The notes under the pieces: generated by a model
What the model saw: the letters and a program-made list of their open reading frames with translations, nothing else
Databases searched by the model: none
What the model was told of the DNA's origin: nothing
Translations under genes and position numbers: made by a program
From: Chitinophagaceae bacterium
Lineage (GTDB): Bacteria; Bacteroidota; Bacteroidia; Chitinophagales; Chitinophagaceae
Length of the DNA: 27,583 nucleotides
Direction: 5' to 3'
Assembly: GCA_036375835.1 (NCBI GenBank)
Contig: DASVBM010000405.1
Span: 1-27,583, forward strand
Shown here: piece after piece, positions 9,653 through 17,406 of the stretch
How positions within the stretch are numbered: position 1 is the stretch's first letter
Layout: each line of letters opens with the position of its first letter

Positions 9653-10321
9653 ATGCGGATCATTGTTACTGCAGCCACAGTGGATGAATGGATGCCTGCC
9701 TACCTGCAGGTGGACACGTTGTATACCAGCGAAAGCAAACGCATGAAGGTGATCTTTCACCAGAGCGGTGTAGGACTATTGTCAACCGCCGTTTCGCTTA
9801 CACGGGTGATCTGCGACGAAAAGCCGGAACTGGTGATACAGGTCGGGATCGCCGGGACCTTCGACGACAAAATGCCGCTCGGTAAAGTGGTATGCATCAA
9901 AGAGGAAAGCCTGGGAGATCTTGGAGTGGAAGAAGAAGGTAAATGGAAAGACATATTTGATCTAAAGCTGGAGAAATCGAGTTATCCCCCCTTTGAAAAA
10001 AGAAAGCTGCCGAACCAGTGGCTTGCCGAATATAACCTGCTGAAGCTGCCCGAGGTTGCTGCGGTAACCATTAACCAGATAACCAGCTCGGAAGAACGGA
10101 AACTACAGCTTTCTAAAAAGTATGAAGCTTCTACGGAAAGTATGGAAGGTGCCGCACTGCATTATGTTTGCCGGAGCTTCAACGTGCCTTTCCTGCAGAT
10201 CAGAGCTGTTTCCAACTACATCGGGGAAAGAGATAAATCGAAATGGGAGCTTAAGGAGGCAATCGAAAACGTCAACCAGGTATTATTGAAATATCTTGAA
10301 AAATTTTACAAGCTGCCCTGA
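9653..10321 (+). CDS. mqnB: Futalosine hydrolase (PNP/MTAN fold)
   Basis: SGVG, IQVGIAG, ESMEGAA and IRAVSN motifs of the nucleosidase fold. The specific call rests on its position 1 nt upstream of mqnD. Confidence 0.82.
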   Translation: MRIIVTAATVDEWMPAYLQVDTLYTSESKRMKVIFHQSGVGLLSTAVSLTRVICDEKPELVIQVGIAGTFDDKMPLGKVVCIKEESLGDLGVEEEGKWKDIFDLKLEKSSYPPFEKRKLPNQWLAEYNLLKLPEVAAVTINQITSSEERKLQLSKKYEASTESMEGAALHYVCRSFNVPFLQIRAVSNYIGERDKSKWELKEAIENVNQVLLKYLEKFYKLP

Positions 10322-10322
10322 T

Positions 10323-11135
10323 ATGAAACTCACGATCGGATTCAGCCCCTGTCCAAACGACACTTTCATTTTCGATGCATTGGTCAATCACAGAATTGAT
10401 ACGCAGGGTCTTTCGTTCGATGTAAGACTGGAAGACGTACAGACTCTGAATGAATGGGCGATCGAAGGCAGGCTTGATATCACGAAAATCAGTTACGGAA
10501 CCCTGCCGTTGTTGCTGGAGCAATATGTTTTGCTGAACAGCGGAGGTGCATTGGGAAAAGGAGTTGGACCGCTGCTCATCAGTAAAACACAGCGGCATCT
10601 CGCCGATGTTCCCGACCTTTCTGTTGCGATACCCGGCGAGAACACGACTGCGCACCTGCTTTTTCAGCTCGCCTTCCCCAACGCCCGGAAAAAAACATTC
10701 ATGGTCTTTCACGAAGTAGAAGCCGCGGTGCTGAGCGGGGCGGTGGATGCCGGTGTAATCATTCATGAGAACCGTTTCACTTACCAGCAGAAAGGGCTGG
10801 TGAAACTGATAGACCTGGGCGAATACTGGGAAAACCGGATGCACGTTCCCATCCCGCTGGGTGGCATTGTTGCAAAAAGAAGCCTGGGCATTGCAGTCGC
10901 GCGGCAGGTTGATCAACTGATCCGCGAAAGCCTGCAATCGGCGCGTAAGGCGAGCCCCGGGATCAGCAATTATGTAAAACAGCATGCCCAGGAAATGTCG
11001 GAGCAGGTTATGCGGCAACACATCGATCTCTATGTAAATGATTTTTCGCTCGACCTCGGGGAAACCGGGCGCGCCTCGGTGAATATGCTACCCGGCCTTT
11101 CCGGGAAAACTGCGTCAGACATCTTCCTCAGCTGA
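10323..11135 (+). CDS. mqnD: 1,4-dihydroxy-6-naphthoate synthase
   Basis: MKLTIGFSPCPNDTFIFDAL, GGALGKGVGP, PGENTTA, IIHENRFTY, PIPLGGI, HIDLYVN. Start moved from 10296 to the ATG at 10323. Confidence 0.95.
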   Translation: MKLTIGFSPCPNDTFIFDALVNHRIDTQGLSFDVRLEDVQTLNEWAIEGRLDITKISYGTLPLLLEQYVLLNSGGALGKGVGPLLISKTQRHLADVPDLSVAIPGENTTAHLLFQLAFPNARKKTFMVFHEVEAAVLSGAVDAGVIIHENRFTYQQKGLVKLIDLGEYWENRMHVPIPLGGIVAKRSLGIAVARQVDQLIRESLQSARKASPGISNYVKQHAQEMSEQVMRQHIDLYVNDFSLDLGETGRASVNMLPGLSGKTASDIFLS

Positions 11136-11970
11136 GTTCCTGCACAAACCTTTTGTATAACATATCCGATACCTGGTGCGAATAGCCGGCCTGATCTATC
11201 TGCGCTACCCAGCGAAGCCCACGGATCGCATTGGTCAGGAACACCTCGTTCGCGTTTTCGAGCATCTCCGCGGTAATAACCGTCTCTTCTACAGGTATTC
11301 CTGCTTTACGGCAGCAATCAATCATATGGCGGCGCATGACGCCGGCAATGCAGCCTTCAGACAGCGCCGGCGTTTTGATGATGCCGGAAGACACGATAAA
11401 AATATTGGCGACTGAGGTATCCGCGATATTACCGGAACAGTTCAATACCACCACATCATCCAGCCCCTGTGCCTTTGCAAACCTCGCAGCCTGCAGGTAA
11501 GGATAATAACTGTTCCGCTTGATGGCCGAGAACAAATCTGCTGCCTTTCGGCCGTCGCGGAAAATACCCAGGCGCAATCCTTTATTGTTGAACTGCATGG
11601 CGGCATCGTCCAGTGACTCTGTTTCTATGATAACATCCGGCTCTTCGCCGGAACCTCCACCTGGTGGACCCTCGCGACGGTAAACAGCCAGCCGCACCCT
11701 TGCAAAACGAACCATTCCGTTTTTACGCGCCAGTTCCGCTGCCTGTTTTTCCAGCGTAGCCGCGTTGAATGTAGGGGGAGTTTTAAAACCCAGCTGGTCG
11801 AGCGAAGAAAACAAACGTTCAAAATGCAATGCGGAAAGCACGATCTTCCCGTCTGTCAATCTCATCGTTTCAAAGCACCCGTCACCATACCGCAAACCCC
11901 GGTTGGCGGCAATTATCACCGGCGTCGCAGCATCAACAAACCTGTTATTGAAAATGATCTGCCTGTTCAC
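11128..11970 (-). CDS. PLP-dependent aminotransferase class IV (PabC / 4-amino-4-deoxychorismate lyase-like)
   Basis: YGDGCFETMR, LHFERL, Schiff-base Lys in SAIK, ANIF, GCIAGVMR, EVFLTNA. GTG start is uncertain; overlaps the mqnD stop by 8 nt. Confidence 0.8.
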   Translation of the reverse strand: MNRQIIFNNRFVDAATPVIIAANRGLRYGDGCFETMRLTDGKIVLSALHFERLFSSLDQLGFKTPPTFNAATLEKQAAELARKNGMVRFARVRLAVYRREGPPGGGSGEEPDVIIETESLDDAAMQFNNKGLRLGIFRDGRKAADLFSAIKRNSYYPYLQAARFAKAQGLDDVVVLNCSGNIADTSVANIFIVSSGIIKTPALSEGCIAGVMRRHMIDCCRKAGIPVEETVITAEMLENANEVFLTNAIRGLRWVAQIDQAGYSHQVSDMLYKRFVQELS

Positions 11971-11981
11971 TTAGCATATTT

Positions 11982-12009
11982 AAAAAAAATCCTGTGGTTG
12001 CCACAGGAT
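11982..12009 (-). terminator. Intrinsic terminator of the orphan response regulator
   Basis: ATCCTGTGG / 3-nt loop / CCACAGGAT 9-bp stem (11989-12009), followed by a long T-run on the minus strand. Confidence 0.8.
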
Positions 12010-12033
12010 AAATACATCATAGCCGGGAATGGA

Positions 12034-12693
12034 TCAGCCCTCCACGATACCGTGTTTAACGGCGTAAAGAATAAGCCCGGCGGTGGTCTTTGCACCGGTT
12101 TTGATCTTCAGCCGGTCCCGGATCGCTTCCACTGTGCGCGGACTGATGTCCACAAGGTCCGCAATCTCCTTGGTACTTTTTTCTTCACACATCAGTTTCA
12201 GCACGTTGATCTCTTTTTCACTCAGGTCGACTTCTTCCGCAAACGGACTTACTGCTTCGTTCTTCTTATTCCGGAGGCCGGCGAGCATCGCCTTATTGGT
12301 ATACTCGTTAAAATAGAATTCGTTCTCAAAACAGGTTTTGATAGCCTGGTAAATCGTTTCCGAATCTGAGTTTTTGGTGAGGTAACTGTTCGCACCAATT
12401 TCCATCAGCCGGCTGATCATACTCACGTCGTCATTCATGGTGAGCATGATGATCTTCACGTCGGGCAGTATTTTCTTTACTTCCGGAAGCGTGGCGATGC
12501 CATCCATTATAGGCATCTGGATGTCCAGCAGGATAACATCCGGTTTCATGAACTTCACGAGATTAAGCAATTGCATTCCGTTTTCCGCCTCGCCCAGAAA
12601 TTCGATGTCAGGGTAATAAGACAGAGAGGTTTTTACGCCGGTTCTGAAGAGTGCATGATCGTCTGCGATAATGGTTTTTATTTTTTCGGGCAT
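12034..12693 (-). CDS. Orphan NarL/LuxR-family response regulator
   Basis: IADDHALFRTG, LLDIQMP, LTM, SYLTK, LSEKE...STKEIADLVDISPRTVE. No kinase gene is adjacent. Confidence 0.93.
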   Translation of the reverse strand: MPEKIKTIIADDHALFRTGVKTSLSYYPDIEFLGEAENGMQLLNLVKFMKPDVILLDIQMPIMDGIATLPEVKKILPDVKIIMLTMNDDVSMISRLMEIGANSYLTKNSDSETIYQAIKTCFENEFYFNEYTNKAMLAGLRNKKNEAVSPFAEEVDLSEKEINVLKLMCEEKSTKEIADLVDISPRTVEAIRDRLKIKTGAKTTAGLILYAVKHGIVEG

Positions 12694-12709
12694 AGGACAG
12701 GTTATTTGG

Positions 12710-12717
12710 CAAATATA
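12710..12717 (-). promoter_or_regulatory. -7 promoter box of the orphan response regulator
   Basis: TATATTTG on the minus strand (perfect TAnnTTTG), 16 nt before the ATG. Confidence 0.65.
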
Positions 12718-12836
12718 AAACGTAATTCTGCTAATGTTATTTTCTATTTTCCTCTAGGAAATATACGTGGTTTTCACTGCGGTTTTTACCTGAATCAACG
12801 AAAAAGACGCATCCCGGGAAATTAGCAGATTTGCTA

Positions 12837-12867
12837 TTGTTTCACGTGCCATCAGGAACTAAGTTTA
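12837..12867 (+). promoter_or_regulatory. Promoter for candidate small transcript 1
   Basis: TTG (12837-12839), 20-nt spacer, TAAGTTTA (12860-12867). The TAnnTTTA variant also precedes the NIF3, TPR and fabI genes in this window. Confidence 0.5.
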
Positions 12868-12871
12868 CAGT

Positions 12872-13022
12872 CCAATATCCAATCAGAAAAACGATTCAAT
12901 GTCCTGAACCCGCAACTACTCTTAGCTGCGAAACCAATGAATCCAACTATCCTGGGGAAAACTAATAAAGGCCCAGGTATGTGAAACCGGGGCTTGTTGA
13001 GGTAGACAAGCCCTTTTATTTT
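12872..13022 (+). ncRNA. Candidate small RNA 1 (about 150 nt; may instead encode the 15-aa peptide MNPTILGKTNKGPGM at 12937..12984)
   Basis: Bounded by a promoter-like element and a strong terminator; has no long ORF; shares a motif with candidate 2. Ends are approximate and no family was recognised. Confidence 0.4.
12990..13022 (+). terminator. Intrinsic terminator with no annotated gene upstream
   Basis: GGGCTTGT / 8-nt loop / ACAAGCCC, then TTTTATTTT. Confidence 0.8.
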
Positions 13023-13074
13023 ACCCTACCCCATCCCGGTTCATCATTACCTTCGGTTGAAATAACGAACTGCT

Positions 13075-13452
13075 ATGAACAGGACCAGCAATATTTTTTA
13101 CACAATACTCTCGCTGCTTCCACTGGTTTGTTTTATTATTTATATGGCTGCTTTTTTCTGCGTTTTCAGTGAATTCATTGGTATGGTGCGGCAACCGGAA
13201 GATTTAGGAGCGGCCCTGCTCAACTCCGGTGCATTTATTTACCTGATTGCGGCAGGTATTTTAATGGGCTTGTTTACCATTACGGCGCTGGTCGTGTTTA
13301 TCATTCATGTGATCAATAACCGCACGCTCACCGATACAGAGAAAATCCTCTGGGTAATGATTTGTGCTTTTGCCGGGATGATCGGGTTCCCGGTATACTG
13401 GTTTATGCGGGGCAAAAATGCCGGAAAAACCGCCGGAATGCATGGCTCGTAA
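13075..13452 (+). CDS. Small membrane protein with a PLDc_N-like C-terminal hairpin
   Basis: 125 aa with 3-4 hydrophobic segments; IIHVINNRTLTDTEKILWVMICAFAGMIGFPVYW resembles the PLDc_N pattern. Preceded by TACCTTCG (13048-13055), the same 8-mer that precedes purL. Confidence 0.65.
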   Translation: MNRTSNIFYTILSLLPLVCFIIYMAAFFCVFSEFIGMVRQPEDLGAALLNSGAFIYLIAAGILMGLFTITALVVFIIHVINNRTLTDTEKILWVMICAFAGMIGFPVYWFMRGKNAGKTAGMHGS

Positions 13453-13529
13453 TTTTCCTAATAAGCAAAACCGTGATTTTACGAAATCGCTTCATAAAAC
13501 CGAAGCCGCTAAATCGGGCAGTTTTTCGC

Positions 13530-13560
13530 TTGTTACTGCCGGTAGGTGAATCTACTTTTA
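13530..13560 (+). promoter_or_regulatory. Promoter for candidate small transcript 2
   Basis: TTG (13530-13532), 20-nt spacer, TACTTTTA (13553-13560). Confidence 0.5.
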
Positions 13561-13564
13561 TTAC

Positions 13565-13667
13565 TGCATACGAAAAACCCGTTTTAAAAATCCAAATCCT
13601 GGACGAAAAAGCCATCAACCTTTGTTAAACAAATGAAATTAGTCCCGCTCCGCGGGACTTTTCGTTT
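13565..13667 (+). ncRNA. Candidate small RNA 2 (about 100 nt), or 3' UTR of the upstream membrane gene
   Basis: Promoter-like element, A-rich body carrying the motif shared with candidate 1, GC-rich terminal hairpin. Ends are approximate. Confidence 0.35.
13641..13667 (+). terminator. Terminator-like hairpin
   Basis: AGTCCCGC / TCC / GCGGGACT 8-bp stem followed by TTTCGTTT. Confidence 0.6.
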
Positions 13668-13840
13668 CCCCGCCCATCCGGTTACCGGATCACTGCAGGT
13701 TATACCACATCACTGTACCATAAAAGGCAGAAGGAAACGAAAGCACCAGGTTCCGACTAAACTTCCTGTCCATGCCCTCGAAAAATGTTTCATACCGCAC
13801 CGCAGAATATAATGTTGAGCGACCCAACAGCAGGTGAACA

Positions 13841-13866
13841 AAAGCCGGCGCCATAAAACGCCGGTT
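13841..13866. terminator. Hairpin just upstream of the NIF3 promoter; U-tail on the minus strand
   Basis: GCCGGCG / 8-nt loop / CGCCGGT with AAAA on the left. Confidence 0.45.
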
Positions 13867-13880
13867 CTTATCTTTAACTC

Positions 13881-14981
13881 ATGAAGGTCAATGACGTAAT
13901 TAAGGTGCTGGAAGCGCTTGCGCCGGCCAGTTACCAGGAGAACTACGATAACGCCGGCCTGATCACGGGACAGCCAGGATGGGAATGCAGCGGTATACTT
14001 TGTAGCCTCGATGTAACGGAGGAGGTTGTGCGGGAGGCAAACGCACGAAACTGCAACATGATCGTTGCGCACCACCCGATCATCTTTTCAGGTCTGAAGA
14101 AAATAAATGGTAAGAACTACGTCGAAAAAGCAGTGATCGCAGCCATCAAAATGGACATCGCTATTTACGCCATTCATACAAACCTGGACAATACGGCTGC
14201 AGGTGTCAATGGGAAAATTGCTGAGAAGATCGGCCTCGGCAAACTGGAAGTGCTGGCACCAAAGGAAAATCACCTTCGCAAACTTTACGCCTTCGTCCCC
14301 GAAGATCACGCCGGGGCTGTACGGGATGCCATTTTTGCGACAGGCGCGGGCCATATCGGCAACTACAGTGAATGCAGCTTTAATATCCGGGGAAAAGGTA
14401 CATTCAAAGCCGGCGAGGGTGCCGACCCTTACCTGGGTGAGGTGGGAAAACGTCACCAGGCAGATGAGGTGAAAATTGAAGTCATCTTCCCGGCATGGCT
14501 GCAATCCGGGGTGATTTCCGCACTTCTGGATGCGCACCCCTACGAGGAAGTAGCCTATGATATCATTCCGCTGGGCAACTATTTTAAGGAGGTGGGCAGC
14601 GGGCTTGTCGGCGAGTTGCCTGAACCGATGGAGGAAGTCCGGTTCCTGTACATGCTGAAAACCAGTTTCGGACTTACGGTGATCAGGCATACGCCCCTGC
14701 GGGGCCGGCCGGTAAAACGGGTGGCTGTATGTGGCGGCGCCGGCAGTTTCCTGATCCGCAATGCACTTTCCATGGCTGCCGATGTTTATGTTACCGCGGA
14801 CGTGAAATACCACGAATTTTTCGACGCCGAGGGCGAAATGGTCATCGCGGATATCGGACACTTTGAAAGTGAACAGTTTACGACAGATCTGCTAATAGAG
14901 ATTTTACAGCAGAAATTTCCTACTTTTGCGGTCCTCAAAACCACGGTGAACACGAACCCCGTGCGGTATTTTGCAGGTTAG
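13881..14981 (+). CDS. NIF3/DUF34 dinuclear metal-centre protein, long form with PII-like insertion
   Basis: YDNAGL, IVAHHPIIF, YAIHTNLD, GAGHIGNYSECSF insertion, HPYEEVAYD, VCGGAGS, DVKYHEFF, IGHFESE. Confidence 0.95.
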   Translation: MKVNDVIKVLEALAPASYQENYDNAGLITGQPGWECSGILCSLDVTEEVVREANARNCNMIVAHHPIIFSGLKKINGKNYVEKAVIAAIKMDIAIYAIHTNLDNTAAGVNGKIAEKIGLGKLEVLAPKENHLRKLYAFVPEDHAGAVRDAIFATGAGHIGNYSECSFNIRGKGTFKAGEGADPYLGEVGKRHQADEVKIEVIFPAWLQSGVISALLDAHPYEEVAYDIIPLGNYFKEVGSGLVGELPEPMEEVRFLYMLKTSFGLTVIRHTPLRGRPVKRVAVCGGAGSFLIRNALSMAADVYVTADVKYHEFFDAEGEMVIADIGHFESEQFTTDLLIEILQQKFPTFAVLKTTVNTNPVRYFAG

Positions 14982-15039
14982 CCCTCGCCCGCGGGAATGC
15001 TGGCAATGGCGAAATAAATATCAAATCAGAAATCTACAT

Positions 15040-15792
15040 ATGGCAGTTAAAGACTTCTCTGTTGAGGAAAAACTAGCAAACCTCGTAAAGCTGCAGAAAA
15101 TAGACAGTAAACTGGATGAATTCCAGATCCTTAAAGGTGAACTTCCGATGGAGGTGAGCGATCTTGAGGACGAGATCCAGGGACTCCACAGCCGCAGAAC
15201 GAGAATCGAGGAAGAGATCAACGGGATCACCGAGTTTATTGAAAGTAAGAAAACTGCTATCAAAGACGCGGAAGCGTTGATCAAGAAATACGAGAAGCAG
15301 AGCGAGAACGTCAAGAATAACCGCGAGTTCGAAGCGATCAATAAAGAGATCGAGATGCAGCAGCTGGAGATCAAACTGGCGGAGAAGCACATCAAGGACG
15401 CCAATGAAGAGCTGGCCGACAAAGTGCGCAATCTCGACAACGCAAAAAAGCAGATCGCGGCAAAAGAAGGTGTTCTCACCCACAAAAAAGGCGAACTGGA
15501 AAAAATTATCGCCGATACCGAAAAAGAAGAAAAACATTTCAACCAGCTTTCAGGCGAGGCCCGCGGGCATATCGACGAAAGGCTGCTCTACAGTTATGAC
15601 CGGATCCGCACCAGTTATCGCAATGGACTGGCAGTGGTACCGGTAGAGAGAGATGCCTGTGGTGGATGTTTCAATTCCATTCCACCCCAGAAGCAAAGCG
15701 AGATCCGCCAGCACAAAAAAGTGATGGTTTGCGAGAACTGCGGAAGGATACTGGTAGATCGCGACCTCGTCGACAGCGTGGACGTTAAATAA
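15040..15792 (+). CDS. Coiled-coil protein with C-terminal C4 zinc ribbon (CT398/HP0958-like)
   Basis: Long charged coiled coil, then CGGCF...CENCGRIL. Follows NIF3, a commonly conserved pairing. Start moved to the ATG at 15040. Confidence 0.92.
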   Translation: MAVKDFSVEEKLANLVKLQKIDSKLDEFQILKGELPMEVSDLEDEIQGLHSRRTRIEEEINGITEFIESKKTAIKDAEALIKKYEKQSENVKNNREFEAINKEIEMQQLEIKLAEKHIKDANEELADKVRNLDNAKKQIAAKEGVLTHKKGELEKIIADTEKEEKHFNQLSGEARGHIDERLLYSYDRIRTSYRNGLAVVPVERDACGGCFNSIPPQKQSEIRQHKKVMVCENCGRILVDRDLVDSVDVK

Positions 15793-15810
15793 TTACACAA
15801 ACGTGAAGAG

Positions 15811-15848
15811 ACAAAGGGTGACCATCGGTTACCCTTTGTTTATTTTTA
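15811..15848 (+). terminator. Intrinsic terminator after the zinc-ribbon gene; its U-tail doubles as the -7 box of the TPR gene
   Basis: ACAAAGGGTGACC / ATC / GGTTACCCTTTGT 13-bp stem with one G-U pair, then TTATTTTTA. Confidence 0.75.
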
Positions 15849-15852
15849 GCCC

Positions 15853-17340
15853 ATGAAAAGAATCTTCCTGCCTGCGCTCATCGTGCTGTTCCCCTTACTA
15901 AGCAGAGCCGGGAAAGTTTACGAATTCAACGCGCTCTGCCAGCAGGCCTATCAGGAGATTACCAAGCTGAAGCTAAACAACGCACAGGTATTGCTGAACA
16001 AAGCCGCGCAGCAGAACCCCGACAACCTGGTACCCGTTGCCCTCGCCAACTATATCGATTTTTATACCCTGTTTTTTAATGAAGACCCCGCTCAATACAA
16101 AGTATTCCAGCAGCAGGTGTCCAGGCGCATCGCCCTGCTTAAACAAGGACCGGAAAGCTCTCCGTTTTACAACTTCTACCTGGGCATGATTTACCTGCAG
16201 AAGGCAGGGGTCGCCATGCGCTTTGGCGAAAAGTGGTCTGCCGGCTGGGATTTTAAACGGGGCTATGGTTATGTGAAACAGAACAAAAAGAGTTTTCCGA
16301 CTTTCACCCCGAATGACCTGCTCTACGGTCCGATGCAGGCAATTGTGGGTACAATACCCTCTGGTTATAAATGGATCGCGGGGCTGTTCGGAATGAAGGG
16401 GTCTATCAAAAACGGTATGCGGTTGATTGGCGGTTTCATGGATAGCCCGGATCCCTGGGCGCGCCTGTTCTTCAATGAGGCAGCCTTCCTGAATTGCTAC
16501 CTGATGTTCTACATCGCCAATGACAAGGATGCCGTATTTGAACTGATCCGTTCCAGGAAACTGGACGTGGTGAATAACCACCTTTTTACTTACATGGCTG
16601 CCAACCTCGGCATTCATAATAAAATGTCAGCTTACGCCGAAGAGGTGCTGAATAACCGGAACAAATCGCCCGAATACCTTGCTACCAATGCCTGGGATTA
16701 CCAGATGTCGATGGTAAAAATGAATCAGCTGCAACTGGATGACGCTGTTTATTACCTGGAAAAATTCCTGCGGGAGTTCCGCGGAAAATCTTTCGTAAAA
16801 GATGCCTGCCAGAAGTTGAGCTGGAGCTATTACCTCAAAGGAAACCTGAAATCGGCAGAAGCCGCGCGGAAAAGGCTGCTGGCGAGCGGATCAACGGAAA
16901 CAGAACCAGACAAAAAAGCACAGAAGGATGCCCGTTCCGGTACCTGGCCTAACCTGCTGCTGTTGCGGGCACGGCTCCTCAGTGATGGTGGCTATCACCA
17001 GCAGGCGCTGCAGGTACTGAACGGGAAAACGAAAAATGATTTTCAAAAAACAGCCGACCAGCTTGAGCTGGTATACCGGCTCGGACGGATACATGATGAC
17101 CTGAAACAATATAACGAAGCGATCTATTATTACCAGCAGGCGATCGATATCGGGTATAACCGGTCTGAGTATTTTGCCGCAAGGGCCGCCCTTCAGGCCG
17201 GGCAGATCTATGAAAGCCTCGGAAAAAAATCCACCGCCATCGCCTATTATGAGAAATGCCTTGATATGGAAGATCATGAGTATGAAGACTCAATTGAACA
17301 ACGCGCCAAGGCCGGCATACAACGGTGTAAAGGTGAATAA
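15853..17340 (+). CDS. Secreted tetratricopeptide-repeat protein
   Basis: Signal-peptide-like N-terminus; all-helical; C-terminal TPRs (YRLGRIHDDLKQYNEAIYYYQQAI, LQAGQIYESLGKKSTAIAYYEKCL). Confidence 0.8.
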   Translation: MKRIFLPALIVLFPLLSRAGKVYEFNALCQQAYQEITKLKLNNAQVLLNKAAQQNPDNLVPVALANYIDFYTLFFNEDPAQYKVFQQQVSRRIALLKQGPESSPFYNFYLGMIYLQKAGVAMRFGEKWSAGWDFKRGYGYVKQNKKSFPTFTPNDLLYGPMQAIVGTIPSGYKWIAGLFGMKGSIKNGMRLIGGFMDSPDPWARLFFNEAAFLNCYLMFYIANDKDAVFELIRSRKLDVVNNHLFTYMAANLGIHNKMSAYAEEVLNNRNKSPEYLATNAWDYQMSMVKMNQLQLDDAVYYLEKFLREFRGKSFVKDACQKLSWSYYLKGNLKSAEAARKRLLASGSTETEPDKKAQKDARSGTWPNLLLLRARLLSDGGYHQQALQVLNGKTKNDFQKTADQLELVYRLGRIHDDLKQYNEAIYYYQQAIDIGYNRSEYFAARAALQAGQIYESLGKKSTAIAYYEKCLDMEDHEYEDSIEQRAKAGIQRCKGE

Positions 17341-17391
17341 TTAATTTACAATTTGCTTCCCGGCCACCGGTAATGGTGTGCAACTTTGAGA

Positions 17392-17399
17392 TAGATTTG
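17392..17399 (+). promoter_or_regulatory. -7 promoter box of recN
   Basis: TAGATTTG (perfect TAnnTTTG), 7 nt before the ATG. Confidence 0.6.
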
Positions 17400-17406
17400 T
17401 CTGAAG

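Noticed and set aside
5350-13463. TTTTCCTAATA at 5350-5360 and 13453-13463
   Set aside because: Low-complexity AT-rich 11-mer; one copy lies inside a coding 3' end; likely chance.
13690-14075. Minus-strand ORFs (54 aa at 13690..13854, 27 aa at 13710..13793, track ORF 13710..14075) and a faint likeness to an LpxK N-terminus
   Set aside because: No recognisable domain, no clear minus-strand promoter, and overlap with NIF3 or its promoter. The LpxK likeness needs a frameshift and covers only a few residues.
13881-14981. Calling NIF3/DUF34 a type-2 GTP cyclohydrolase I tied to the nearby folE operon
   Set aside because: That annotation is disputed for this family, a canonical folE is present, and its neighbours here are the usual zinc-ribbon partner.
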